DNA from: Vicugna vicugna
Taxonomy: Eukaryota
Direction of reading: 5' to 3'
DNA length: 64,000 nucleotides
Assembly (NCBI GenBank): GCA_013265495.1
Contig: MU059330.1
Span: forward strand, 13,195,869 to 13,259,868
Shown: positions 10,093 through 22,390 of the stretch, one piece after another
How positions within the stretch are numbered: position 1 is the stretch's first letter
Layout: the number at the start of each line of letters is the position of its first letter
Program-made: the position numbers and the translations under genes
The notes under the pieces: generated by a model
What the model saw: the letters and a program-made list of their open reading frames with translations, nothing else
Told to the model about the DNA's origin: nothing
Databases searched by the model: none

Positions 10093-13084
10093 GTGAGTTG
10101 AGCCCCCGGGCTGGGCGGGGGCTGGCTGGGGTGTCTGCGGCATGGGGACCACCTTGGCGTCCTTAGAGACCACACTCACGGGGAGATGCGGGTGGAGTCT
10201 GTTCAGGGGGCCGACCCCGGCCATGGGGGCGACCGGGCTGGTGAGCAGGGACTGGCCGAGGAGCAGGGTCTCAGTCATTTGTTAGAAAAATACAGGCACA
10301 CTTGACTTCAGTGTCATCAAAATAGGAACTCTGATTTAAAAAAATAACTTTTCTCTTGTGTCGCACCGCAAGGCTCTATCGACTGAGTGCGTGTCCTGCA
10401 TCTCCCCCTTTCAGCTGCCCCGTGTGGTCTCTGGACATGTCCCAGCAGGGAGGGAGCAAATCTCCAGGGCCTGGGGGTCCTCCACGGCGATGATCGCCGG
10501 TGGCCGTGGTCTGATGCAGCACAGACTCATGCCGTTAATCCCACCTGGCGGGAGCCTCTCCTTGCTGCTGAGCGATGGTCTGATTTGGAGGCTCCCAGCA
10601 GGAGGGCGGAGAAGCCTCACCGGCCAGAGGAACTGGCAGCAGCCGTCCTTGGGCGGTGTCGGTGGGCCGAGCCTTCTTGACGCAGTTCACTTGTGATCTT
10701 TTAAAGCCGTCAGACCAGAGTGATTCTCAGTCATTGTGCTCTGGAGTGGATTTAAAATCATGTCCCAGAGGTGGCAGATTAACAGATTAAACAGGCCAAG
10801 CGCTAACCTCGTGCGTCGTCCTGGCTCCTTACCCACAACATGCAGGTCTTCAGTGAGGCGCCAGCCGGCTTAGAGCCGGCTTCCCAGGGACGTGCCCGCT
10901 GAGCAGCGGGACCGCAGAGCTCCCTGGTCTGGGTGCCACGAGGAGGCAGAGACCTGCCCAGCGTCCATGAAAAGTGATGACTTTACGTTTGTTCTTTGGA
11001 CCCAGGGAAATGCTGCTTGTTTGTTCCCGGCAACTCGGCGGGATGCCTCCCACTGTTCGTGTATCTCCGCGATTTTCTGGGAGGCAATACACGTTACTCT
11101 TTACTATTTGACGTGGAATTCCCAGGGAAAGCGAGGAGGGGAAGATGTCAGAGACATCGACTGCCCCCCCCCGCGTTTTGCTGGTCAGGGTTTGGGGTGC
11201 GAATGAGGGTCGGGGTGGGCAGTCGTCTGAAACCTCTCCAGCTGCCCGGGACTGTCTGAGGTGAATGTGCTAAACCCTCGCCGTGTGCAGGGAGGGCTGG
11301 GCTTTCGGCTTCTGCTCTTACACTTTGCCGTTTAAGGTCAATTTCTGGAGCAGAATTGTGAATTCTGCATCGTGCCAGGAAAAGCCAGCTTGAACTCCTC
11401 TCTCAGAAAAGTCAACGCTCTTCTCGTCCGAGTGGCTCCTGGTGTGTGTCCCGCAGCCAGGGGGAGTCCGCCCCAAGGAGCGGCCCGGGGACCGCAGGTG
11501 CGCGTTCCTGCGGGGCGCCGGCTCTCCGGGCACAGCTGCGCTCCTCTCTGAGTGCGCGAGAACTGTCCACCCCGTGCCACTGTTTCCCCAGGTCCGGGCA
11601 GGAGCCAGGCTCCCACAGGTGCTGGCTGAGTGCTCAGTGATACAGGTATGTTTGAGTGGATCTGTCCTCTGCCCACCTGGAGTCTGCATGCTTCTCCGGA
11701 ACAACCCTCGTGGTCCCTGATAAACGCTTTGGGGACTCACACAGGCTGCTGTGGGAGAGTTTCTCTTCCTCTGGGCTTTATATGGAGACTTTCCTACAGG
11801 ATTCTGTACTTTAAGTGCCGTCTTTAGTGCTGGTCCCCCCCTTATGATGGGGATGCTGGCGGACAGACAGACCCTCACGGCTCACAGTTCCTTTTTCCTT
11901 AGGACGAGCCCCAGCCAAGCAAAGCGCATATGGAACGTCTCTTCTAATTCTTTTTTGACTGAAGTGTAGTCGCTTCGCAGCGTTGTCTCAGTTTCTGACG
12001 TTCAGCGTCATGTCTCAGTGAGATGCGCGTGGAGCTTTGCGTGTGGATGGTACAGGCTCCGCTCGAAGGTGTGCTTTCTGCTTCCGAAACTTCAGAGACG
12101 AGAAGCTCTCTGGGCGCCCTTTTGCGGTCCCGCCCTCTGGATCGCGAGGCGGTCTGAGGCGTGCTGCCTCCCGGACTGCACTTTCCATGGGGCTCTTTCA
12201 GAGACGCTCTGGGAAAAGCACTTGGAAGGCAGAACCTGAAGCCTCAGGAACCATGAGTACTTTGATTTCACCAAGAAGCACTGGGGCAGAGCAGCCCTGG
12301 CGGCCATAGGCCCCGCAGGGTCCCTGTGGGGCTCGGGCACGTCGTATCTGGAAGACCCCACGGCCGGGTCCCGGGGGCGACCTGGGGGCTCAGCTCCGAC
12401 AGGCGTGGGGGCCTCGCTCATCTCAAGGCTCAGCTCCCTGGAGACACCGGTGATGCCACAGGGACACAGACAGGTCATTACAAAGAGGGGGGAGTTTAAC
12501 TCCCAAGGCTCCGTCTGTGTGTGTGCACGTGTCACACGGGAAACCCCGCAGTGCAGCCGTCTGTGGAGGGACAAAGCATCAAGCTGGGGAGGTGCCCAGC
12601 TGCATGGTCAGCTCAGTCCCTGCCCCAAGGGACTATGACGCCCGCTCACTCCCAGAGACGCTGGCACACCCAGGGGGCCCAGGACGGCATTGGGCAGACA
12701 GGCTGAACTCTCCCCCCGCGAGCCAGGAGTCCCTGGCCGAGGCCCCGAGGAGACAGGGCAGGCTGCGGCATGCGGAGCCACCCCCTAGGGTGACAGAAGG
12801 AGGAGGTGCGGACAGGCGCTTGCCAGGACCCGCCAGCGCTGGGAGAGGCCCTCTGCGAGCGCCGGCCGGCATGTCTGGGAAGGTGCCACGCATGCCGCCA
12901 GCACAGGAGAGGCACTCACTTTCTGCGTTTTTACTGTCTGTGAGGTCAAGTTGTGCGCAGAACCTGCTGTTCACCCTTTCAGAAGTGTGTTTAACACCTG
13001 GTGATCTCTGAGTTAAAGCTGGAGAACTTCTGGCTAACTTGTGTGGGATACTGTGTTGCTGGGCCCTGGGCTTCAGGCCGGGTG

Positions 13085-13385
13085 TCGGTCCCCCTCCTGA
13101 GTGGCTCCAGGTGGCACCTGCCCTGTCTTATCACTGCTCCTTCTATGCCAGCACAGGGGCCCCTGTGCAACCAAGACTGGCCCAGGTGGATGGATGAGTG
13201 AGTGAAGGAGTGACTGAGTCAATGAATGAGTGAATGAATGACAGATCGAGTGAATGAATGAGTGATGAACGAAGGAGTGAGAGTGAGTGAGGGAGTGAAT
13301 GAGTGAACCAATGAATGAGTCATTGAATGAATTAATGAATCAGTGAATGAACGAGTGAATGAAGGAGGGAGAGAGGGAGTGATGA
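13085..13385 (+). mobile_element. LINE-2 3' end with expanded (TGAA/TGAG)n tail
   Basis: cctgtcttatcactgctccttctatgccagcacagggg matches the L2 3' end. It is followed by a ~200 bp degenerate tgaa/tgag repeat (13186-13385). Confidence 0.6.
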
Positions 13386-14701
13386 AAACAGCCCAGCATT
13401 TTCATCCTGAGAGAGCAGGCTGACGTGTGGGGCAAAGCAAGGGTCCTGAGACCCCACCTGTGAGAGCCCCTTAGTGTGCATGGAGGGCAGATGGGTGTTG
13501 GGGAGGAGTGGGGGCCACACTGGTCCGGGGGGTGAAGGGTCCCCGAGGACATGGCAGAGGTGGGAGCGGGCAGAGCAGGCAGGGACTGGGAGCAGGTGAG
13601 GACGTGATGGGATGGCGGGTAGGGGGACAGGAGACCTTGAAGGTGCTGGGTCCAGGAGTGGGTGAGGGGCTGAGGAGCAGCCAGCCAGATCAGCGAAGGG
13701 GGGAGAGGACCTGCTGGGGTGCAGGTGGGCATGGCAAAGGCCTAGAGCATCAGATGACAACAGGCGGTCTGCTCGGCCACCTGCACCGGGCAGGTGGGTG
13801 GGCGGATTTGGTACGTGTCGGGGTGGGCTTGGAGGGGACGGCCGGGATCCCTGACACCTCGGGGGCCAGAGGAAGAGGATCAGGCAGAGAAACGGATGCG
13901 AGCCCCCGGGAGTGTAGGGGCTGCGTGCAGCCTCCTGGGACCACGGGAAGAGGGGTTTCCAGCTGGCTCCACGTCCCCAAGAGAACAGGAAAGCAACGGA
14001 CAGAAGCGGTCTCTGGTTTTCTGCATCACGTGACCAAGGTGTGACGATGCCAGTTTGGGGACAGAGGGGAGCTGACACCTGGTGGGGTCTGGGAGCAGCC
14101 GTGTGCTCGGAAACACTTTAAGTAATCAGACATCGAGAGCCTGACACTCCCACGTGTTTTCAGTTGCTTTGTGTCTGAGGAGAGCAGAGAATGTTCCTTA
14201 AAGTCTTTTATGACATGTGAAGTGTTCAAATGTGTAAGTTTGCAAATTGATCTTCAGCCTTTGACGGCTGTGAGGCATCTTAGGAATCCCTTTTCTTGCC
14301 CCAAATGCAGAGACTTTTCGAGGAGAGGAGTGTATCTGTCCTGTGTAGCTCCCTGGGGACCATGTTGTCCCCCCAGGCCCGCTCCACACAGAGGGGGCCC
14401 AGCAGGAGGCAGTCCTGGCCGAGGGGCTCCCTGAGCAAATTAGCAGGAGGACAGGCTCCTGGCATCTTCGTCAGGGCTGGCGCCGGATGGGAGGCTTAAT
14501 TACAGACAGGAAGGAAGGTCAGGGTGACTTTTCTCCCTTTCAGTCACAGGCACAGTACCCAGTTTCTGTGGATTCGAACCATCAGAGCCTGGAGAGTGTG
14601 GTGGGCTGGCGGGCGGGGAGGATGGAGAGGGGGTCGAGGGGGAAGGTAAGGAGTCCAGCTGTGAGGTCCCAGAAATGGGTCCAGTTTTGACCAGAGTGAG
14701 A

Positions 14702-14762
14702 CCCAGGACACACCCGGGACACACCCAAGATGCAGCCAGGACACACTCAGGACACGCAGCCT
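14702..14762. repeat. Short ~11-bp tandem repeat (caggacacac-like, ~5 degenerate copies)
   Basis: cccaggacacacccgggacacacccaagatgcagccaggacacactcaggacacgcagcc. Confidence 0.6.
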
Positions 14763-15455
14763 CCTGCACAGCTGGTACTACAGGCGTGAGTCACCATGTC
14801 CATCAGATGCCCAGGACATGCCCTAACTCACAGGTCAGTGAGGAGGAGGCTGCAGGCAGGGGTCGGTCTGCTAAGAACTCGGGGTCCAGGTGGAAGGAGA
14901 GCGCAGGCTCAGCAGGCCATCTCCACCTCAGACACGGGCAGGCTGCGGGTGCACGCAGCGCTGGGGGCGGCTGGGGCGGCTGCCTTCATCCCGTCGGTGG
15001 TCCCCTCCTCCTTGGGTGGGGGGTGCTCCCCCGATGGCGGGAACTCAGACCCCCTGGCCCCGCAGCACATCGGGGGAGTGAGGGAGCGAGACTATGGCTC
15101 CTCAGAGCCTGAGCACAGGCCTGCGTCCCTCAGTGTCCCCAGAGGCCACATCCCCCCCATCTCCTCTGCTTGTCCAAGAACCTCTGTCCTTTGTGTTTTC
15201 ATCAATTCTGTCCTTGAGGGTGAGAAGGGCAGAGTCAGCCCGGCACCAGGGTCGGCTCGGGCCATGGGGGGTGTTGGGGGGGCAGCCAGGAGTGCCCCCA
15301 TGTCCCTTGACGCCCAGTGTCCTCAGGGACTGTCCATGTGCTGCTCCCGTGAATCCCAGGGGAGGGGCTGGGGGCCAGAGTCCAGCTCTCCGTCCACCAG
15401 GAGACTCATCCCTGGGAGTGGTGGGGAGGCCGGGCACATCTGCCTCCCCTGCGTC

Positions 15456-15816
15456 TGTAAGTAGGTGAGTGTCTGGGACAGGTCGCTATAAACCGGGAGG
15501 CTTCAAGCAGCAGAAATGGATCCTCCCGCAGCTCCGGAGGCTGGGGGCCAAGTCCAGGCACCAGCAGGGCTGGGCCCTTCTGGCGGGTCTGAGGGACACC
15601 CTGTCCCACGTGTCTCTCAGGACTCCTGGCGTGTGGGCTGTCCTCTGCCAGCAGGGGCCGCACCGCCCCAGCCCCTCTCCTTCCTGTCCCCTCCTTTCCT
15701 GGGTCCTACAAGGACCCCCTCCGCCAGATTCCGGGTCTGCCCTCACCCAGGGTGGTCCCATTTGGAGCTCCTTCACTCAGTGATGCCTGCAAAGTCCCTA
15801 CTTCAAGTAAGGCCAC
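15456..15816 (-). mobile_element. MLT1C/D-like LTR, antisense, interrupted by a second LTR
   Basis: aaaccgggaggcttcaagcagcagaaatggatcctcccgcagctccggaggc and ctccttcactcagtgatgcctgcaaagtccctacttcaagtaaggccac match the reverse complement of the MLT1 consensus. Its remainder may resume at ~16166-16225. Confidence 0.7.
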
Positions 15817-16165
15817 TGCTGTGGCCTGCATGTCCGTGTCTCCCCAAGTCCACATGCTGAGGTCCAGAGGCCAGGAGCGGGCGCCAGGAGAGGGGAGCTT
15901 TGTGGGGACGAGTCACAGGGTGAGGCCCTCGGGAAGGGGATTGGTGCCCTTATGGCAGGGGCCCCCAGGGAGCCCAGCAGGCCGGGTCACAGAGGGGAGG
16001 CAGCCGTACACAGACTGACGGGGGCTCTCACTGCGGCTCAGCCCTGCTGGCACCTTGAGCCTGGGCATTCAGCCCCCTCAGCTGTGAGCCACGCGTTTCT
16101 GCGGTTCACAGGCACCCGGTCTACGGGACGGGGCGTCCTTACAGCGGCCTGAATGCACGGGATCG
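15817..16165 (+). mobile_element. MLT1A-like solo LTR
   Basis: Starts tgctgtggcctgcatgtccgtgtctccccaagtccacatgctgagg. Contains ggggattggtgcccttat, ctgctggcaccttgagcctgg, gctgtgagccacgcgtttctgcggttc and cagcggcctgaa near the end, all collinear with MLT1A. Confidence 0.75.
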
Positions 16166-17299
16166 GGCGTGCCCTGAAGCTCCAGGCGGCGTCTCTCTCG
16201 GGGGAACGCTGGGCAGCCCGCTACAGCGAGGTCTGGCCGAGCGGTGCCTTGCTCACAGGCCCGGAGGATCAGAGGCGCAGGCCCTGCTAGGCCCCGGCAC
16301 ATCGGGGTGTCCTCCACGACCACCAGGTTCGGTCAGTATTTTAGTCTGACTCTTGCCCCCGGATGAACAAGTGCGTCTCCCCAGGGAGCACATAAGAGCC
16401 TGGGGCACAAAGGAGCTTCGCAGCGCTCCCTGCATGTCCGCCTTGCTGCTGCGGGAGCTGTTCCGTAGTGGGCCCGTCAGCAGGGCTTCTCAGGGGGGCG
16501 GGGTATGCAGGGCATCTGTTCGAACCCGGTGTCAAGGGGGGTTTTTAAAAAGAAACTTCTTGTGTGTATTTTTCCTTAAAATGTTTCCTGGGCTTTATTT
16601 CTCATGTTGTCTTGGGAATCTGAGATGATGTGAAACCCCTTGAGGCAACACACACGTTTTAGATTAGAAGCCACTGCTCCGAAAAAAGTCTGTCCCCGAC
16701 AGGACCGAGCTCACTGGGTGAGAAGAGCTGCACCCCTGCTATGGGGGGGTGGGGGTCTGGCCCAGGCCTCTTTGTGTCTTTTTTCCTCTCATTCAAAGTG
16801 GGGGTTCATGAAGAGGGAGGCCCTCTGTTCACCACAGTGATGTCGGGGCATCGGGTGAGCGTCGCACTAGTGCAGCCGGACGGGGCCTCCCCGAGGGGAG
16901 ACTCGAGCAGACCCCTCATGAGAGCCACGCCAAGGCGGGTGCGTCCCAGGTCGGGGAGCCTCGGACCTCCTGGACCCGCTGGGGCCAGCCCCCAGCCCCT
17001 CGCAGGGCAGCCCTGTGTCTCCTGCTCTTTGGCTCTAGTTGCACGATTAAGTGGCAAGTGGCCGGAACACACTTCGGTTCTCCTGTGAATCCTTTCAGGA
17101 GAAAACACAAATTTGCCAAGGACATACGGGTGCCTTTGAAGACCCTGGACGGTTTGGGTCGCGTGCCCCGCGCCACGACTCCCACTTCAGAGGAGCCCGC
17201 TGATCCGGGCAAGTGCAATTTTGACTCGTTTATTGGCAAGTGCTTGACGCTTCTCCCTGTGACACAGCTGTGGGTAATTTCCCTCCACAGGCTGTTTCG

Positions 17300-18010
17300 G
17301 GGTTTCCTGGTTATCAAAGCCCCGGACATCTGCCCGCCGCGTGGGGGGAGCTCGCGCCCGCCCCCGGCACCCCCCACCCCGGGCCCTCCGGCGGGCCTGG
17401 GCGCGGAAGGGGCGTCATGCGTGGAAGGCGAGCTGGAAAGCGCCCTTCCCTCCGCTATGGTTTTATTTTCCCTTCTTGCGTTTCCGTTGGTTTTTCAACG
17501 CGAAGCAGCCATGGTGGGAAACTGAAGGGAGCGCTTTTGGGTTAATCCTAGGCGAGCGTCCGAGCCGCCCTGACGCAGCCCAGCCCGCGGCCTGCAGACG
17601 GGCGCGTCTTCCCGGGCACCTCGCTCCCAGCGGGGCCCTCGCCTCGCCTCCCCACCTGACTCTCCATGTTGTCGTTCGTCTCCGAGCTCACGCGGTGGCC
17701 GACGGTTCACCGGGCACGCCTTCTGTCGAGATGGTTTAGAAGGATGTCCTGGAAGCCCGAGTCTGGAGACGGGATGAGCACACCTGCCCAAGCTCGGGGG
17801 CTTCCGAGTCACGCGTCACATGACAGCCCAGGAGGCGGCTCGCCTGGCTCCCAGCACCCGTGCAGGCAGCAGAGAGGCAGGTGCGAGAGAAAAGGCGAGG
17901 CTCCCCGTGAACCAGCGAGCGCAGAGGAGCAAACCCAAAATGCCGGCGAGAAAACCCCGCCTCAGCCGCTTCTGAGCTGAGAGCAGAAGTTCGGGCCACG
18001 TCTCTGGGGG
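17300..18010. promoter_or_regulatory. Secondary CpG-rich region (orphan island / enhancer candidate)
   Basis: Dense CpG (cgcgcccgcc, gcgagcgtccgagccgccctgacgc, cgcgtcac) with no repeat or coding signal. Confidence 0.45.
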
Positions 18011-18860
18011 CCCCACGCAGGCCTGCGTCGGCACTGCCCAGGTGGACAGGCCGGCCTAGGGCATCTCCGCAGGGCCAGGGTCCTCAGGCCTTTGTGATTC
18101 CCCTCAGAGACTCCGCTCTCACCCGGACCCCCGGGGCCCGCCCAACTGCAGCGTGATGAGCCCCCAGGGGACGGGGTCGAGGCTCTCGGCTGTGGGATGT
18201 CAGGCCTGCCCTCCGTGGGGGGCCAGCTTATGTCCCCCCAAGTCACAGCTCAGGCTGCCCCACAGGAAAGGCGAGGCAGCAGCTGGGGGTCTGGGTGGCT
18301 GGGCGGTGCCATCTGGCAGTGGGGACGGGAGCTGATGTCACCTGTGGCTCCAGGTGGTTTCCACTCCCACAGACGGTCGCGGTTGGAACCTCTTGGCAGC
18401 TAAGAGTTTGGAAGGATGGCATTTGCCCTTTGTGTGTACTCTGCCTCCTGGGTAAACGGAAAAACTTTCTTTGTTATTTTCTGATTGACTCTTCCTCACG
18501 AGCCCTCCGGGCAGCGAACAGCCCAGGGCACAGGCCCAGGTGCCCGGTGACAGGGCCCGATTCCTCCTGCAGGGCTAAGTCCTCAAACGGCGCAGCCCGT
18601 GAATCCTAGGACGGCCGCACGCATCGTTAGGGAGAGAAATGGTGCTGTTCACCTGCACGTCGAGTGCAGCCTCTGGACTCCATAAAGTGACCCGAAAGCA
18701 GGAGAACAGGACAGGCGGAGGAACAAAGGGAAGACACGACGTGACCGTGCGGCCTGCGCGGAGCCCCAGGGTGGAGGGAGGAGGCCGCCCACCCACAGCT
18801 GCACGGACAGCGCGTCTCCTGGGCGCCTTCTGTTTGTCTTAGGAGCTTCCCGACGATTAA

Positions 18861-18937
18861 GACAGAAGGACAGAAAGTAAAGAAAGAAGGAAGAATGGGA
18901 GGGAAGGATGGAGGAAAGACAGGAAAGGAAGGGAGGG
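18861..18937. repeat. GA-rich low-complexity polypurine tract
   Basis: gacagaaggacagaaagtaaagaaagaaggaagaatgggagggaaggatggaggaaagacaggaaaggaagggaggg. Confidence 0.8.
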
Positions 18938-19544
18938 TTCCCCAAGAAGTCCTGAGGACAGTTTGCGTCTGGGGCACAGGGACTGCACGAAGCCGCTCCC
19001 CACCAGTCTGAATGCAGCCCCAGGATGGCGCGTCTGCTTGGACGGTGGGAGTCTTAGACGGTAGGTCTGTTTATGGGAAGCGATGGCCTTCCCACCCAGT
19101 GTTTACCTGAAGCACTGGGGGCAGGACAGTGGTTTCAGGACAGAGAGTCGTCGTGGACATCCAAGCCTTGGACAGGACTTTGTCACTGCATCCTAGCTCC
19201 AGTTAAGCTGGCCGCTCTAACTGACCAGCCCCTTCATCCTGCTCAAGGCTGGGCAGGGGAGGGGGGTGGAGCGAGAGCCAACCCAAACCCCTGGCTAACC
19301 CCTCCCTGCGGGGCCACCACCCCTCAGCTTCCCAGTCCTGGCGTTTTTGTGTTTGTCACTGCCATTGTGTGTGCACGCCGTGTCCACCAGGGTGCATCTC
19401 ATACTCCTGCGTCCACCTTCATCCCCGCTGCCCAGCCCCCTAGTGTCGGCTAGTCCGCTGATTTGCAGTCGCGTTTGACGTTGGTTAGATGTCACCGTGG
19501 ACCTGGCCCTGGCACTCTGTTCTCACGACTTCTGGAGGAAGGAC

Positions 19545-19785
19545 TGTTTTGTTTAATCCCTGGGGCGGCTGTGACAAAATGCCCCAGACTTTGTGGCTTA
19601 CAATAGCAGAAATGCATCCTCTCACAGCTCTGGCGGCCAGAGTCTGAAAGGAAGGTGTGGGCAGGGCCACACTCCGTCCAGAGGGTCCAGGAGAGGACAC
19701 GTCCTGCCTCCTCCAGCACCCGGTGGCTGCCTGCACTCCTCGGCTTGTGGCTGAAGTTGGAGCCTCCTGTGTGCACACGTCTCAG
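19545..19785 (-). mobile_element. MLT1B/C-like LTR fragment
   Basis: ggggcggctgtgacaaaatgccccagactttgtggcttacaatagcagaaatgcatcctctcacagctctggcggccagagtctgaaaggaaggtgtgggcagggccacactcc is the reverse complement of the MLT1 3' half. Confidence 0.8.
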
Positions 19786-21925
19786 CGGGGACCGGAGCCC
19801 GGGGAGCGATGACCGCCCCGTGCTGCCTGGGTTCCTTTGCGTCATGGCCTCCCCAGGCCAGCAGAGCCCCTCGCGTGAGGGCACAGGGTCCCAGTGTGCA
19901 GGGAAACCCTGGGAAGCTTTCTGTGGACCAGCATCAGAAATCACAGGTGTCCTTCCTGCTCTGTCCTTAGCTCAAACAACTACCAGCCTTCTTGGATTCC
20001 AGAAGAGAGGAAATAGAGCCTCTGTCTCAGTGGGGCGGCTGGCAGAGAAATTCATGGCTGTCTCCTTGACAAAGAACCTTCCAGCCCGCCCTCTGGCCAC
20101 AAGTTACCCACACTCCAGCCTCGTGCCAAGCAGGTCAAGGCCACACTCAGCCTCTCTGGCGACAGGCTTGGGTCCACGTGAGGGCGAGGCTCCTGGGCGT
20201 GGCTCCGTACACACAGCTTCTCTCAGTCTACAGAACTGTGTGCAGAAGAGCCACTCTTCCTCTACAAGAAATGACCTGAGCTTGTTACTGAACGTCCGAC
20301 TCAACCACCTAGCCAAACACCCTTTTTCTCGGTACTGTTTTTGTACTATTTCAGTTGAACCTGGTACAATTCCTTTAAAAACACTGTGGGTTTCCTTTGT
20401 GTCGTCTTATAGCTCATGCCCTGAGCCAGAAGTCACATCCACATACTTTTCACGGGAGAGCCTCCGCCGCCTTGAGCTCCCTGTGTGCAGAGGGGGATCC
20501 GCCTTCGAGTCTCAGAAGCCCGGTTGTGGAACGGGCAGGATCTGTGCACCGAGACTCCCAGAAGGCGGGCTAGTTTGAAAAACCCCGTGAAGAACTGCCT
20601 GAAATCTCTCTCTGGAGGGACTGAAGGTGGGAAGTCGTTTGCTTTCAGGGCCAGCAAGCCCTGTCTGCTTACATTCCCCCTAAATTCCACTTGGAAGCTG
20701 AGGACCTCCTTCTGCGCCTCATCCCCTCTCCTTACCTGTGATGCTCAGCTGAAGCAAAGCAGCTGACACTTCCAGCGTTCTGCCTGAACTTTCCCATAGC
20801 CAGATCCTTCAGGTCATTGCAAGCGTTTGGTGTTTCCTCCATTATTTCAGGCAACAATTTTGCTAAAACTTCCGCCCCTGAATAGTGAGTCTTCTTTCCT
20901 CCAAACGTTCCCCTCACTTTTTGTGGGGTTTCAACTGGCACCCCTTAGGACAGCAGCCTGGCTTCTGCTAACAGCCCCCTCAAGGGCCGGTCCCAGTGCG
21001 TTTCGGGCCATCACGGTGTGGCGTCTCTCCTCCAGCGGCCGGATCCTCGCCCCCTTCCTGCTGATGCAAAACAAACCACCTACAGCTTACGGGCATAAAC
21101 AACCCTTTTCGTTTGCTAATATATTCAGGGAGTTAAGAATTTAAACAGACTGCTGAGAAGGTGGCCTGTCTCTGATTTGCAACGTCTGGACAGAAACTCG
21201 TGGAGTCTGGGCTGACCCATAGGACGAGGCGGGGATAACGTGAAGAAAAGCTGGGCAAAGCTGTCTGGCGCTGGGACTGGCAGCCAGAATGCTTCCATGC
21301 GGTCGACCCTCTTAGAGCTGACAGACACTCCGACTCCCGGGCTCAGCAGAGCAAGGTGGGCGCTGCCTGTGTGCTTTAAACGAGCCTCAGGCGTGTAAGC
21401 TGGGCCGCTGTCGCTGTGCGGGTTGGGGCAGCCGTCGGCCACCTCCGATGGAAGCGGGGGGACGTGCAGCCCACAGCGCGGTCGGGGGGCAGGGGAGACT
21501 TTTTAACTGCCTCGTGCATTATGCCAGATTAGATCCACTAAGCCATCTCCAGATCATGAGACTGCCAGGTAGCTGAGGGCGAAGGGTTTTCTCCTCATCC
21601 ATTGATGGAATCCGTCCATCGTCCACGTGTTCACACACGTGCTCGTCAGACATCTGAGTCCCCACCAGGCAGCCCACAGGGCAGGCTCTGCAGAGCCGTG
21701 GCCTTCCTGCTCCATCCTTGCGGGCCCTGCTCGGTCTCAGAGGACCCCTCCCACTCTGAGGGAGGGGCTGTGGTGTGTCCCCAGCACCCCCCGCCTCCTC
21801 CAGGCTCCTCTCTCATCCACTGCCCACCCAGCAACTGGAAAGTTCTCTCCAGGATGCGAAGTGGATGCGCTCTTTCTTGCTCACCTCGTCCAGGGGTTCC
21901 AGCTGCTTCTGCGACAAGCCAGCTA

Positions 21926-22390
<465 letters not shown>

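Noticed and set aside
12241-12638. Protein-looking stretch SLRNHEYFDFTKKHWGRAALAAIG
   Set aside because: It follows an in-frame TGA with no ATG or convincing acceptor and matches no family I recognise. tBLASTn would settle it.
19655-20578. 307-aa plus-strand ORF
   Set aside because: It begins inside an MLT1 LTR, has a GTG start, is rich in S/P/G/R, shows no recognisable domain, and is explained by GC-rich stop-poor sequence.
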